NCBI GenBank assembly: GCA_963715195.1
Contig: CAVQRT010000030.1
Location: 96,001 to 160,000, forward strand
Direction: 5' to 3'
Source: Thermodesulfovibrionales bacterium
GTDB taxonomy: Bacteria; Nitrospirota; Thermodesulfovibrionia; Thermodesulfovibrionales; SM23-35
Length of the DNA: 64,000 nucleotides
Both the position numbers and the translations under genes were made by a program. The notes under the pieces were generated by a model, which saw only the letters and a program-made list of their open reading frames with translations, had not been told where the DNA came from and ran no database searches. Below, piece by piece: positions 33,028 through 43,684 of the stretch. Numbering within the stretch: the stretch's first letter is position 1; the number at the start of each line of letters is the position of its first letter.

Positions 33028-34020
33028 ATGCCGGCCAATCTTCCGCCTGAATATTTTGAAGCAGAAAAGAGATTCAAACAGGCGGAGGCACCTTCAGAAA
33101 AAATTGCGGCCCTTGAGGACCTCTTATCCACCATCCCAAAACACAAGGGAACAGACAAACTAAGAGCTGATTTACGAAGGAAGCTCTCCCAGCTCAGGAA
33201 GGATGCTGTCAACAGGAAAAAGGGCGGCCGGGGTGACTTATATGTGGTAGAGAAAGAGGGTGCAGCCCAAATAGCACTGGTCGGGTTTCCTAACTCCGGG
33301 AAATCTTCCCTGCTCTCATGCCTCACCAATGCCAATCCCGTGATTGCAGAGTACCCCCTTTCGACGCTTACCCCTTTGCCTGGCATGATGCCCTTCGAGG
33401 ATATCCAGTTTCAGCTCGTGGATCTCCCCCCAATTGGCAACGAAGCTACAGATGGATGGGTATCCGGCATTCTGCGGTATACCGATGCCCTTCTCCTTGT
33501 CATTGATTTGACTGAAGCCCCTGATATCCAGGCTGAACTGCTGATTGACCAGCTCACCCGTTGGAATATTTACCCGAAAGCAAAAACCGACATCAGGAAA
33601 TCACCTGACAATGTTCCTTCTCGTGTGTCCAAAAAAACCCTTATTGCCGGAAACAAAATGGATTTTGCAACCTACAGTGATGGTTTCCTGGAGCTCGAAG
33701 GGAAATATAATCAACTCTATCAGTGCATTGCTGTATCAGCCCTCAGAAAAGAGAATCTGGAGGAACTGAAAAGGGCGCTTTTTGAAATTTCTGCGATAAT
33801 CAGAGTATATTCAAAACCCCCGGGAAAAGAACCCGATCTTTCAAAACCATTCACGATTCCGGAAGGTTCAACAATCCTTGATCTCGCGCGATTCATTCAT
33901 AAGGATTTCCTCTTTCATCTGAAATACGCGCGGGTATGGGGTTCTGCGAAGTTTGATGGCCAGCGTGTGGAGAAGAATCACATCTTGAAAGACAGGGATA
34001 TCGTCGAACTTAATGCATGA
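33028..34020 (+). CDS. DRG/OBG-family GTPase with TGS domain
   Basis: MPANLPPEY, PKHKGTDKL, GFPNSGKSS, GNKMD motifs and C-terminal TGS domain. Confidence 0.88.
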   Translation: MPANLPPEYFEAEKRFKQAEAPSEKIAALEDLLSTIPKHKGTDKLRADLRRKLSQLRKDAVNRKKGGRGDLYVVEKEGAAQIALVGFPNSGKSSLLSCLTNANPVIAEYPLSTLTPLPGMMPFEDIQFQLVDLPPIGNEATDGWVSGILRYTDALLLVIDLTEAPDIQAELLIDQLTRWNIYPKAKTDIRKSPDNVPSRVSKKTLIAGNKMDFATYSDGFLELEGKYNQLYQCIAVSALRKENLEELKRALFEISAIIRVYSKPPGKEPDLSKPFTIPEGSTILDLARFIHKDFLFHLKYARVWGSAKFDGQRVEKNHILKDRDIVELNA

Positions 34021-34061
34021 GGAACATGCTGAAGATTTATCAATTGCCGGATATCAGAGAA

Positions 34062-36470
34062 TCAGTCTTTTTCAGCAACCTTCCCGATGCTCACAATCTT
34101 GTCATCGCCTTCCACATCCATAAGTCTCACACCCTGAGTATTTCTTCCATGCAATGATATGTTGCCGGCAAGCGTTCTTATGAGTTTTCCTGAACTGGTT
34201 ATCATGACCACCTCATCCTCATCCCGAACCTGCATTAGCCCGACAGCTTTCCCGCCCTTATGGATGATCTTAATGGATATAACGCCTTTTCCGCCACGAC
34301 TCTGAACCGGATATTCTTCGATCCTTGAACGCTTTCCTAACCCCTTTTCGGTTACCGTCAGAATTGCCGTCTTTTCTCCTGCAACTTCGGCAGAGACAAC
34401 CTCGTCTCCCTTGATGAGTCGGATCCCCCTCACGCCTTTTGCGGTCCGGCCCATGTTACGGACGTCTTCCTCATTGAACCGGATTGAAAGGCCTTTTTTG
34501 GTTCCGATGATGAGATCGCTCTTGCCGTCAGTCTTTCTGACCGAAATAAGCTCGTCCCCTTCTTCGAGCGTGACAGCAATAATACCCTTCCCCCGCGGGT
34601 TGCTGTATTCCTCAAGGGCTGTCTTCTTGACCGTTCCATTCTTCGTAAACATTACCAGGAATCCTTCCTTGAAGTTGCGGACGGGAAGCGCCGTCGTAAT
34701 CCGCTCTTCCTCTGATAATGCAAGAAGATTCACGAGAGCTTTTCCTTTTGCAGCACGGCCTGCTTCCGGAATCTGGTAGATCTTCAGCCAGTAAAGGCGT
34801 CCGAGGTTCGAAAAGAAAAGCATATAATCATGTGTGGCGCCTATGAAGAGTTCACTCACAAAATCCTCTTCCTTTGTCTCCATGCCGATGAGCCCTTTCC
34901 CGCCCCTTCTCTGGCTGCGGTAAGCGCTCAGGGGATTCCTCTTGATGTATCCCTGATGAGAGAGGGTTATGACCATCTCCTCATCGGTTATCAAGTCTTC
35001 CATGGTTATTTCTTTCGTCTCCGAAGTAATCTCTGTCTTTCTCTCATCAGTGTATTTGTTCCGTATCTCGAGCAGTTCATCCTTAATGATCTGGGAAACA
35101 AGCGCTTCATTTTCGAGGATTGCTTTCAGTCTCGCTATTTCCTTGAGTGTATCTGTATATTCCCTGACGATCTTCTCCCTTTCAAGACCGGTCAGCCTCT
35201 GGAGTTTCATGTCGAGGATAGCCTGAGCCTGTAATGCTGTTAACGGATAATCCCTCATTAAGCCGGTCCTTGCTTCTTCAGGCGTCTTCGAACTCCTGAT
35301 GAGGGCTATTATTGCATCAAGATGATCGAGGGCAACTTTCAGTCCTTCAAGGATATGTGCCCGCTCTTCCGCCTTCTGCAGTTCAAACCGTGTCCTCCTA
35401 AGGACGACATCCCGCCTATGCTGCAGGAACTGACTGAGCAGTCGCTTGAGAGTGAGGATTCGTGGCTGACCATTGACGAGGGCAAGCAGGATAATGCCGA
35501 ACGTCGTTTCCATCTGTGTATGTTTATAAAGATTGTTCAGGATAACCTGTGCCATCTCGCCTCTTTTCAGCTCAATCACAATCCTTATCCCATCTCTGTC
35601 AGACTCGTCTCTGAGTTCGGATATGCCCTCAACGGTTTTTTCCCGCACCAGTTCCGCCATCTTTTCGATCAGGCGTGCCTTGTTCACCTGATACGGAAGT
35701 TCCGTTATGATAATGTTTTCTCCACCCCTGTGTTCGCGCTCAATCCTTGCCTTTGCCCTGACCTTAATGAGTCCCTTCCCCTCATTATATGCCTGCATAA
35801 TCCCGTCAACGCCGTGGATGATTCCGCCCGTCGGAAAATCAGGTCCCTTTATCAAAGATAGTAAGTCCCTGAGTGTTGCATCGGGATTATCAAGAAGCAG
35901 GACAAGTCCGTCAATAATCTCACCCAGATTGTGGGGTGGTATATTTGTAGCCATCCCAACAGCTATGCCGGATGACCCGTTGACGATCAAATTCGGAACC
36001 CGTGAAGGAAGAACGACAGGTTCCTCGGTTGTTTCATCGAAATTCGAAATAAAATCAACGGTATTCTTATCGATATCAGCGAGCAGTTCCTCCGCAATCG
36101 CCGCAAGACGGGCTTCAGTGTACCGGTAGGCAGCAGCGGGGTCACCGTCGACAGACCCAAAGTTCCCTTGACCGTCGACAAGCGGATACCGCATGTTGAA
36201 GTCCTGAGCAAGTCTGACCAGCGCATCATACACTGCCGTATCGCCGTGCGGATGGTATTTCTTTAAGACTTCACCGACAACACCGGCTGATTTGGAGTAC
36301 TTGCGCCCCGGCAGGAGGCCTTCCCTGAACATTGCATACAGGATTCTTCTTTGAACGGGCTTTAAGCCATCTCTCACTTCAGGAAGCGCCCTTCCGATGA
36401 TAACGCTCATGGCGTAATCAAGATAGGAGCCCTTCATTTCTTCTTCTATGCTGATAGGTACCTTTGCCAT
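34062..36470 (-). CDS. gyrA: DNA gyrase subunit A
   Basis: [22 protein letters not shown] motifs and GyrA-box QRRGGKG. Confidence 0.97.
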   Translation of the reverse strand: MAKVPISIEEEMKGSYLDYAMSVIIGRALPEVRDGLKPVQRRILYAMFREGLLPGRKYSKSAGVVGEVLKKYHPHGDTAVYDALVRLAQDFNMRYPLVDGQGNFGSVDGDPAAAYRYTEARLAAIAEELLADIDKNTVDFISNFDETTEEPVVLPSRVPNLIVNGSSGIAVGMATNIPPHNLGEIIDGLVLLLDNPDATLRDLLSLIKGPDFPTGGIIHGVDGIMQAYNEGKGLIKVRAKARIEREHRGGENIIITELPYQVNKARLIEKMAELVREKTVEGISELRDESDRDGIRIVIELKRGEMAQVILNNLYKHTQMETTFGIILLALVNGQPRILTLKRLLSQFLQHRRDVVLRRTRFELQKAEERAHILEGLKVALDHLDAIIALIRSSKTPEEARTGLMRDYPLTALQAQAILDMKLQRLTGLEREKIVREYTDTLKEIARLKAILENEALVSQIIKDELLEIRNKYTDERKTEITSETKEITMEDLITDEEMVITLSHQGYIKRNPLSAYRSQRRGGKGLIGMETKEEDFVSELFIGATHDYMLFFSNLGRLYWLKIYQIPEAGRAAKGKALVNLLALSEEERITTALPVRNFKEGFLVMFTKNGTVKKTALEEYSNPRGKGIIAVTLEEGDELISVRKTDGKSDLIIGTKKGLSIRFNEEDVRNMGRTAKGVRGIRLIKGDEVVSAEVAGEKTAILTVTEKGLGKRSRIEEYPVQSRGGKGVISIKIIHKGGKAVGLMQVRDEDEVVMITSSGKLIRTLAGNISLHGRNTQGVRLMDVEGDDKIVSIGKVAEKD

Positions 36471-36550
36471 TGAATCTCCTTTAGGAAATAAAGACAACCG
36501 TTATTTTACCATATTGCTTTTTGGAGCAGTTTAAAAATATAATTTAGCAC

Positions 36551-38086
36551 ATGCTATCTAAAACCCTCAGCGCAAGCATCATTGGCATTGATGCCCATAT
36601 TGTGGATGTTGAAGTAGACATCACTTCACGGGGGCTTCCGCATTTTTCGATGGTGGGGCTGCCCGATACGGCGGTAAAGGAATCGAAGGACCGGGTAAGG
36701 GCAGCCCTCAAAAACATCGGATTCCATTTTCCGCGGAAGCAGATTACGGTCAATCTTGCCCCTGCAGACCTAAAGAAAGAAGGTTCATCGTTCGATCTTC
36801 CGATAGCAATCGGTATTATCATTGCAGAAGGGGTGCTCGAACTGTCAGCGGCTGAAGGCTATCTCTTTACCGGAGAGCTATCCCTGAACGGCTCAATCAA
36901 GCCGGTTAGAGGAGCTCTGTCAATGGCAATCAGGGCGCGTGAACTCGGCCTCAAAGGCATCATTCTCCCGGAGGAAAATGCACCTGAGGCAGCAGTAGTC
37001 AACAATGTATCTGTTTTTGGGGTAAAGAGCCTGCCTGATGTGCTCGATTTTTTACAGGATGGAAAAACACCGAATCCCTATCAGGTTGATGTCCATTCCG
37101 CAATGCAGGAGAGTTCTGTGTACGAAGACAATTTTATAGATGTGAAGGGGCAGGAACACGCAAAAAGAGCCTTTGAAGTTGCTGCTGCCGGAGGCCACAA
37201 CATCCTGATGATCGGTCCTCCCGGTTCCGGAAAAACCATGCTCGCGAAAAGGCTTCCGACAATCCTGCCGGGAATGACATTCAACGAGGCCCTTGAGACC
37301 ACAAAAATACACAGTGTCGCCGGATTACTCAGGGATGGGCAATCCCTGCTCGCCATACGGCCATTCCGTTGTCCTCACCACACGATATCGGATGTTGCCT
37401 TAATAGGCGGCGGCCAAACTCCGAAACCGGGTGAAGTAAGCCTTGCCCATAACGGCGTCCTTTTTCTGGACGAGCTGCCGGAATTCAAACGGAATGTGCT
37501 TGAAGTGTTGCGGCAGCCGCTCGAAAACGGAGATGTAACCGTTTCGAGGGCAGTGGCCTCAATTACGTATCCGTCGTCGTTTATGCTGGTGAGTGCCATG
37601 AACCCGTGCCCGTGCGGGTATTTTGGAGACACCCGCCATCAGTGTACCTGCACTCCGGGACAGGTGCACCGCTACCGGTATAAGGTTTCCGGTCCGCTCA
37701 TGGACAGAATTGACATCCATATCGAAGTGCCCGCCGTGCCATACAAGGAATTGTCGAACCAATATTCGGGAGAGCCATCAGAAGATATCAGGAAACGGGT
37801 TGTTGCTGCACGGAATATTCAGCTTGAGCGCTTCAGGAATGACAAAAAGATTTATGCGAACGGGCAGATGAAGACACGGCATATCAAAAAATTCTGCACC
37901 CTCAGACCTGATGCGCAGACGCTGCTCGATGCAGCCATGCAGAAGCTCGGCCTGTCTGCACGGGCTTACACGAGAATATTGAAGGTCTCACGCTCTATTG
38001 CCGACCTCGAGTCTTCAGAAGATATTCAGTCCCACCACATTGCAGAGGCGATTCAATACAGGACACTGGATCGAGGAGTGTTTTGA
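36551..38086 (+). CDS. comM: YifB/ComM Mg-chelatase-like ATPase
   Basis: VGLPD, NLAPAD, GPPGSGKT, LFLDELPEF and NPCPCG motifs. Confidence 0.93.
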   Translation: MLSKTLSASIIGIDAHIVDVEVDITSRGLPHFSMVGLPDTAVKESKDRVRAALKNIGFHFPRKQITVNLAPADLKKEGSSFDLPIAIGIIIAEGVLELSAAEGYLFTGELSLNGSIKPVRGALSMAIRARELGLKGIILPEENAPEAAVVNNVSVFGVKSLPDVLDFLQDGKTPNPYQVDVHSAMQESSVYEDNFIDVKGQEHAKRAFEVAAAGGHNILMIGPPGSGKTMLAKRLPTILPGMTFNEALETTKIHSVAGLLRDGQSLLAIRPFRCPHHTISDVALIGGGQTPKPGEVSLAHNGVLFLDELPEFKRNVLEVLRQPLENGDVTVSRAVASITYPSSFMLVSAMNPCPCGYFGDTRHQCTCTPGQVHRYRYKVSGPLMDRIDIHIEVPAVPYKELSNQYSGEPSEDIRKRVVAARNIQLERFRNDKKIYANGQMKTRHIKKFCTLRPDAQTLLDAAMQKLGLSARAYTRILKVSRSIADLESSEDIQSHHIAEAIQYRTLDRGVF

Positions 38087-38104
38087 TCGTATTTGGAGAT
38101 TATA

Positions 38105-38563
38105 CTAAAAATAGTCATCCCATCGAAAAATTAAGGGCGGCTGATCGCTCTTTAATAGCCCAGCTTCCACAATACTCCCGATGAAAAGGGAATGATCTCC
38201 GGCAGTAAATGCATCAGTAAGTTTGCACTCCAAGAAAGCCATCGCATCCTTGAGAACCGGGGATCCGTTCGGGGCATCAAAATAAGGGATGTTCTGAAAT
38301 TTGTCGTGTTTTCTGCCACTCCTGAACCCGAAGCTCTGGGCCAATCCCTCCTGTCCTTCTGCCAGGACATTTATCGCAAAATATCCTGATTCCTTAATCA
38401 AGCCATAGGTATACCGTGCGGGAGCAATGGATACCATCAGCAGCACCGGATTCATCGAAACCTGTGCTATCCAGGCTGCCGTCATTCCGTTCATTCTCTC
38501 TTTCGTCCTGGCACTTACGATGTAAACGCCGTGAGTAATTGCCTTTGCGACAATGTCTTGCAT
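38105..38563 (-). CDS. Flavin reductase family protein
   Basis: NGMTAAW, FAINVL and GDHSLFIG motifs. Confidence 0.88.
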   Translation of the reverse strand: MQDIVAKAITHGVYIVSARTKERMNGMTAAWIAQVSMNPVLLMVSIAPARYTYGLIKESGYFAINVLAEGQEGLAQSFGFRSGRKHDKFQNIPYFDAPNGSPVLKDAMAFLECKLTDAFTAGDHSLFIGSIVEAGLLKSDQPPLIFRWDDYF

Positions 38564-38837
38564 GATGACCCCCTTCCAGCCTTTTTCTGATACCATAGCA
38601 CATCTTTCCTGATATTGTGAGAAGAGGGAACCACGCTTACTTACCTGACCTTTGACAGATAATAGTTTTTCCCCGTACAATTGAGTGAACACTCACTCGA
38701 ATAAGACAGGGAATATTGGTGAGCTGGGTACTGGGCGAGTCAGAGGCGAAAAAGAATAGAACATTCAGGTTTTCATTATACAGTGCTGCAAAGCCGTTAA
38801 AAGATATATTCGAGTCGGGACTTGTTGGAGAACAATT

Positions 38838-40283
38838 ATGACATGCAACGACCTGAGAGAATTCATCGGGTTTCTTGAAGCCAAAAAAGAACTGATTCGC
38901 ATCAGGGAAGAGGTCGATCCGGTACTCGAAGTCACGGAGATCACCGACAGGATATCAAAAAAACAGGGGCCAGCCCTCCTCTTCGAGAAGGTGAAAGGTT
39001 CCCGGTATCCTATTGCAATCAACCTCTTCGGCTCTTACCAGAGGATGGCCTGGGCTCTCGGGTTGCAGAATTTCAGCGAGATCGGGCATCAATTTTCTCC
39101 ACTCTTACAGACAGCCCCCGACATGAAATTCATGCAGAAAATCGAGGTCCTCTTTGATCTTTACAAGCTCAGCACATCCAAACCGAAAGAGATAAAGAAC
39201 GCCCCGTGCCAGGAAATTATCAACAATAAAGACTTCTCACTCTTTGATTATCCAATTCTGCAATGCTGGCCCGGGGATGCCGGACGTTTCATCACGCTTC
39301 CACTGGTCATCACCAAGGATCCTGAAAGCGGAAAACAGAATCTGGGGATGTACCGCATGCAGGTATTCGACGAAAAGACCACAGGAATGCACTGGCATAC
39401 CCATCATGACGGGGCGGTGAATTTCCGGAAATATGCAAAACTCGGCAGGAGAACCGAGGTCGCCGTTGCGATTGGCGGAGACCCTGTAACGATCTTTTCG
39501 GCAACAGCGCCGCTGCCCTATGGGATTGAAGAACTTTTTTTTGCAGGCTTCCTCAGAAAAAAAGCTTTAGAAGTGGTGAAAGCAAAGACGGTTGATCTCC
39601 TTGTGCCTGCGCACGCCGAAATTATCCTTGAAGGATACGTTGAGCCTGCAGAGGAGCGGATCGAGGGTCCGTTCGGTGATCATACCGGTTATTATTCTAT
39701 GTCAGGAATGTATCCGGTCTTCCACGTCACCTGTATCACGCAGAGACGAGATCCGGTTTATCCCGCAACGATCGTGGGGAAACCGCCGATGGAAGACTGT
39801 TATATGGGGAAGGCCACTGAGCGGATGTTTCTTCCCTTTGTGAAAATGCAGATGCCCGAGATCGTCGATATGAACCTTCCTCTTGAAGGAGTCTTTCACA
39901 ACTGCGCTTTAATCTCCATCAAAAAGTCATATCCGATGCATGCGCGAAAAGTCATGAATGCGATCTGGGGACTCGGACAGATGATGTTTACGAAGTTCAT
40001 CTTCATTTTCGATGAGGATGTCAATGTGCAGAATACCTCTGAAGCAGCGTGGAAGGCTTTCAACAATGTTGACCCGTCAAGGGATATCCTCATTTCAGAG
40101 GGGCCCCTCGATGTTCTCGACCACTCTTCACCCAGGCCCATATATGGGGCAAAGATGGGCATCGATGCTACAAAGAAATGGCCTGAGGAAGGATATCAGC
40201 GGGAATGGCCGGATGAAATTCATATGTCCGATGAGATCAGGGAACTCGTTGACAAGCGGTGGAAGGAATATGGCTTTCAATAA
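38838..40283 (+). CDS. UbiD-family menaquinone biosynthesis decarboxylase (MqnL-like)
   Basis: EGPFGDHTGYY and GKPPMED motifs; operon context. Confidence 0.92.
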   Translation: MTCNDLREFIGFLEAKKELIRIREEVDPVLEVTEITDRISKKQGPALLFEKVKGSRYPIAINLFGSYQRMAWALGLQNFSEIGHQFSPLLQTAPDMKFMQKIEVLFDLYKLSTSKPKEIKNAPCQEIINNKDFSLFDYPILQCWPGDAGRFITLPLVITKDPESGKQNLGMYRMQVFDEKTTGMHWHTHHDGAVNFRKYAKLGRRTEVAVAIGGDPVTIFSATAPLPYGIEELFFAGFLRKKALEVVKAKTVDLLVPAHAEIILEGYVEPAEERIEGPFGDHTGYYSMSGMYPVFHVTCITQRRDPVYPATIVGKPPMEDCYMGKATERMFLPFVKMQMPEIVDMNLPLEGVFHNCALISIKKSYPMHARKVMNAIWGLGQMMFTKFIFIFDEDVNVQNTSEAAWKAFNNVDPSRDILISEGPLDVLDHSSPRPIYGAKMGIDATKKWPEEGYQREWPDEIHMSDEIRELVDKRWKEYGFQ

Positions 40284-41142
40284 GATCCGAATCTACCTCG
40301 AAATGATCAAATTCCAGCACAGCATCTTTGCGCTTCCCTTTGCGTATCTCGGTGCGTTTCTTGCGGAAATGCGGATTCCGTCTTTCCTTTCGCTTTTCTG
40401 GATCACTCTCGCAATGGTCGGTGCGCGGAGTTTCGCCATGGCAATGAACCGCCTGATTGACAGGGAAATCGACCGGAGGAACCCGAGGACAGCCGAACGG
40501 GCATTGCCAAAGGGTCTTCTCCAGAGCTCCAACGTTATAATATTTTCTCTCGCAAGTTTGTCGGTTTTCCTCATGGCGGTTTACAACCTCGCGCCCGTCT
40601 GCCGGTATCTCTGGCCTCTTGTGGTCATTCCCTTTGTCATCTATCCTTATACAAAACGTTTCACCTGGCTTTCCCATTTCATTCTCGGCCTCTGCCTCGG
40701 CCTCGCACCTGTCGGGGCATGGATCGCGGTTACAAACTCCGTTACCATCGAACCTTTCCTATTGGGAGCAGCCGTACTCTGCTGGGTCGCAGGATTTGAC
40801 ATATTTTATGCGATTCAGGATATGGAATTTGACCAAGAGCACAAACTCTATTCAATACCTGCGAACTTTGGGATTAAAGCATCTCTTGCATTCACCAAGC
40901 TCCTCCATCTCACCGCGATCTCATTGCTGGCCTGGACCGGTGTCCGTCTTGACTTGGGGATTTTTTATTTTCTTGGGGTATTCATTGCGGGTGTACTTCT
41001 TGCCTACGAAAACAGCATTATCAAACCGGATGATTTATCAAAATTAAATATGGCCTTTTTCACCATGAACGGAGTGATCAGTATGCTGATGTTTTTCTTT
41101 GTGGCAATCGAAGTCGTATCGAGGGGGATGAACATTGGCTGA
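40270..41142 (+). CDS. UbiA-like prenyltransferase (MqnP-like)
   Basis: IKFQHSIFALPF, NRLIDREIDRRNPRT and YPYTKRF motifs. Confidence 0.92.
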   Translation: MAFNKIRIYLEMIKFQHSIFALPFAYLGAFLAEMRIPSFLSLFWITLAMVGARSFAMAMNRLIDREIDRRNPRTAERALPKGLLQSSNVIIFSLASLSVFLMAVYNLAPVCRYLWPLVVIPFVIYPYTKRFTWLSHFILGLCLGLAPVGAWIAVTNSVTIEPFLLGAAVLCWVAGFDIFYAIQDMEFDQEHKLYSIPANFGIKASLAFTKLLHLTAISLLAWTGVRLDLGIFYFLGVFIAGVLLAYENSIIKPDDLSKLNMAFFTMNGVISMLMFFFVAIEVVSRGMNIG

Positions 41143-41731
41143 TTATGTAATCGGTATTACCGGAGCAAGCGGCAGCATTTACGGCGTCAGATTGGTTCAC
41201 GAGCTTTCGGCAAGAAATCATCATATCCATGTGGTTATCACCAATGCCGGCATGAAGGTCATGGAGGAGGAATTGGGGATATCGGGGCCGAAAGAAATAG
41301 AGAAATTGCTCCTATACCCGAAGAAAGCTCAGGTCAGGATCTGGCAGAATGATGATTTTACCGCACCGTTCATGAGTGGCTCGAATGCTTTTGAAGCTGT
41401 TGTCATTATTCCATGCAGTGTCGGAAAATTGGCCGCGATTGCGAACGGCATCTCCAGCAACCTCCTGGAGCGTACAACCGACGTTGCGCTCAAAGAAAAA
41501 AGGCAGCTCATCCTGGTTGTGCGGGAGACTCCCCTGAGCATTATTCATCTTGAGAATATGGTTAGGGTTGCAAAGGCAGGGGCACAGGTAATGCCTGCCA
41601 TGCCGGCATTCTATCACCATCCGAAAACAGTTGACGACATGGTTAATTTCATCGTGGGCAAGGTTCTGAATCTCCTGAGGATTGAGCATAATCTGTTGAG
41701 AGGATGGGGATCAATACAGAAAAAAGATTGA
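41135..41731 (+). CDS. ubiX: Flavin prenyltransferase UbiX
   Basis: GITGASG, SGS, RETP and PAFYHHP motifs. Confidence 0.93.
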   Translation: MADYVIGITGASGSIYGVRLVHELSARNHHIHVVITNAGMKVMEEELGISGPKEIEKLLLYPKKAQVRIWQNDDFTAPFMSGSNAFEAVVIIPCSVGKLAAIANGISSNLLERTTDVALKEKRQLILVVRETPLSIIHLENMVRVAKAGAQVMPAMPAFYHHPKTVDDMVNFIVGKVLNLLRIEHNLLRGWGSIQKKD

Positions 41732-41736
41732 ATAAC

Positions 41737-42852
41737 ATGTCAGAGAATGTTTTACGAGATATCGCCGACAAAGTCGATAAAGGCATCCGGCTCTCGCGGG
41801 AAGATGCAATTGCCCTTATGGAATCTCGCGATCTTATTCAGATCGGTCAGCTTGCGAATAGAGTGAAAGAGAAAATATCAGGAAACTGCGCATATTTTAA
41901 TGTGAACCGCCATATCAATTTAACGAACGTCTGTATTTCACGATGTAAATTCTGTGCATTCAGCAGGGACAAGAAAGACCCTGACGCATATGCAATGTCC
42001 GTCGATGATGTGCTGCACATCGCACAGTCTGCCAGGAACATTGGCATAACTGAGTTCCATATCGTAAGCGGGCTCCATCCTGATCTGCCTTTTGATTACT
42101 ATCTGCAGGTTATTTCGGCGCTCAAACAGGCACTGCCCGATGTACACATCAAAGCTTTTACTGCAGTCGAGATCGACTATTTTTCCAAAATTTCACGCCT
42201 CACAATTCTAAAAGTCCTTACGGAACTCCAAAAAGCAGGTTTAGGTTCCCTTCCCGGCGGCGGCGCAGAGATCTTGCATCCCCGCGTGCGTGATCTTGTT
42301 TGTCCAAAGAAGGCCTCTGCCGGGGAATGGCTTGAGGTGATGAGAACCGCTCATCGTCTCGGACTCAAGTCCAATGCAACCATGTTATACGGGCATGTCG
42401 AAACAATGCAGGAGCGGATTGACCATCTCATTGCCTTGCGAAACCTTCAGGATGAAACAGGCGGATTCCAGGCATTCATCCCCCTTCCCTTTCATCCCCT
42501 GAATACACAGTTGGCTGATTTTCGAAAACCGACTGCTTTTGAAAATCTGAAGATGCTCGCGATATCCAGGCTTGTACTCGATAATTTCTCCCATATAAAA
42601 GCTTACTGGATTATGCTCGGGTTGAAGGTTGCTCAACTCTCACTGCTCTTTGGTGTTGATGACTTTGACGGGACAATTGTCGAGGAGAAGATAACCCACT
42701 CTGCCGGAGCAGAAACAGGGCAGTCCGTTTCCCGTGAGGAGTTACTGGAACTAATCCGGGCAACGGGTCGGATGCCTGTTGAGAGAGATACGCTCTATAA
42801 CATAATTAGACCCCGCGATCAGAATCGGAGAGCAGTCCACCTTGAGACCTAA
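41737..42852 (+). CDS. mqnE: Aminofutalosine synthase
   Basis: CISRCKFC, KAFTAVE, LPGGGAE, HIKAYW and EEKITH motifs. Confidence 0.9.
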   Translation: MSENVLRDIADKVDKGIRLSREDAIALMESRDLIQIGQLANRVKEKISGNCAYFNVNRHINLTNVCISRCKFCAFSRDKKDPDAYAMSVDDVLHIAQSARNIGITEFHIVSGLHPDLPFDYYLQVISALKQALPDVHIKAFTAVEIDYFSKISRLTILKVLTELQKAGLGSLPGGGAEILHPRVRDLVCPKKASAGEWLEVMRTAHRLGLKSNATMLYGHVETMQERIDHLIALRNLQDETGGFQAFIPLPFHPLNTQLADFRKPTAFENLKMLAISRLVLDNFSHIKAYWIMLGLKVAQLSLLFGVDDFDGTIVEEKITHSAGAETGQSVSREELLELIRATGRMPVERDTLYNIIRPRDQNRRAVHLET

Positions 42853-43684
42853 GGTAGGGCACATCCAGTTCCTAAACTGTCTCCCGCTCTACTATGGGTT
42901 AGTAAAGAGTCATGCCCTTCTGGATATGGAACTCATCAAAGGCACACCGACAGAACTGAACACCATGCTCATCCAAAACAAGCTCGATGTTTCTCCGGTC
43001 TCATCGATTGAGTATGCCCGTCACGCTGATTCCCTCTTCCTCTTCCCTGATTTTACCGTCAGCTCCGACGGCCAGGTAAAGAGCATCCTGCTGCTCAGTC
43101 GCTACCCGGCAGAGGAGTTATCGGGAAGAAACATTGCCCTTACCAGCACATCTGCCACGTCACATGTTCTCCTGAAACTCATTCTCAATCTCGGCTATCA
43201 CATCCAGCCGCATTACATAATCAGGCAACCCGACCTGAAGAGCATGCTTTCTTCTGCAGATGCAGCTCTGCTTATCGGTGACATAGCTTTGAAGCATCAT
43301 GCTGATTCAAGAGAATATTATATATACGACCTGGGGGTTGAGTGGAAAAAACTCACCGGCAAAAGTATGGTCTATGCTGTCTGGGCCGTGAATCGCACCT
43401 TTGCCGGAACAAAAATGCAGTTATGCGAAGATGTATACGGGTCGTTCAGAAAATCCATGGATTATTCGATGCACAATCTCCAGGAAGTAGTAGAATATGC
43501 GGCAAAATGGGAGCCCTTTGATCCCGAATTTCTCACTGCATACTTCAGGTCTCTCCACTTTGGGTTTGAAGAGGAATATCAGGATGGACTCATGCATTTC
43601 TATAGCTTGGCGAAGAGTATCGGAGAGCTTGCAAAAGTTCCCTCGTTGGAATTCATCAGGCTCCGGTCAGGTATACCGCTATGA
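42842..43684 (+). CDS. mqnA: Chorismate dehydratase
   Basis: GHIQFLNCLP, SSIEY, SATS, LLIGD and DLGVEW motifs. Confidence 0.9.
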   Translation: MRPKVGHIQFLNCLPLYYGLVKSHALLDMELIKGTPTELNTMLIQNKLDVSPVSSIEYARHADSLFLFPDFTVSSDGQVKSILLLSRYPAEELSGRNIALTSTSATSHVLLKLILNLGYHIQPHYIIRQPDLKSMLSSADAALLIGDIALKHHADSREYYIYDLGVEWKKLTGKSMVYAVWAVNRTFAGTKMQLCEDVYGSFRKSMDYSMHNLQEVVEYAAKWEPFDPEFLTAYFRSLHFGFEEEYQDGLMHFYSLAKSIGELAKVPSLEFIRLRSGIPL

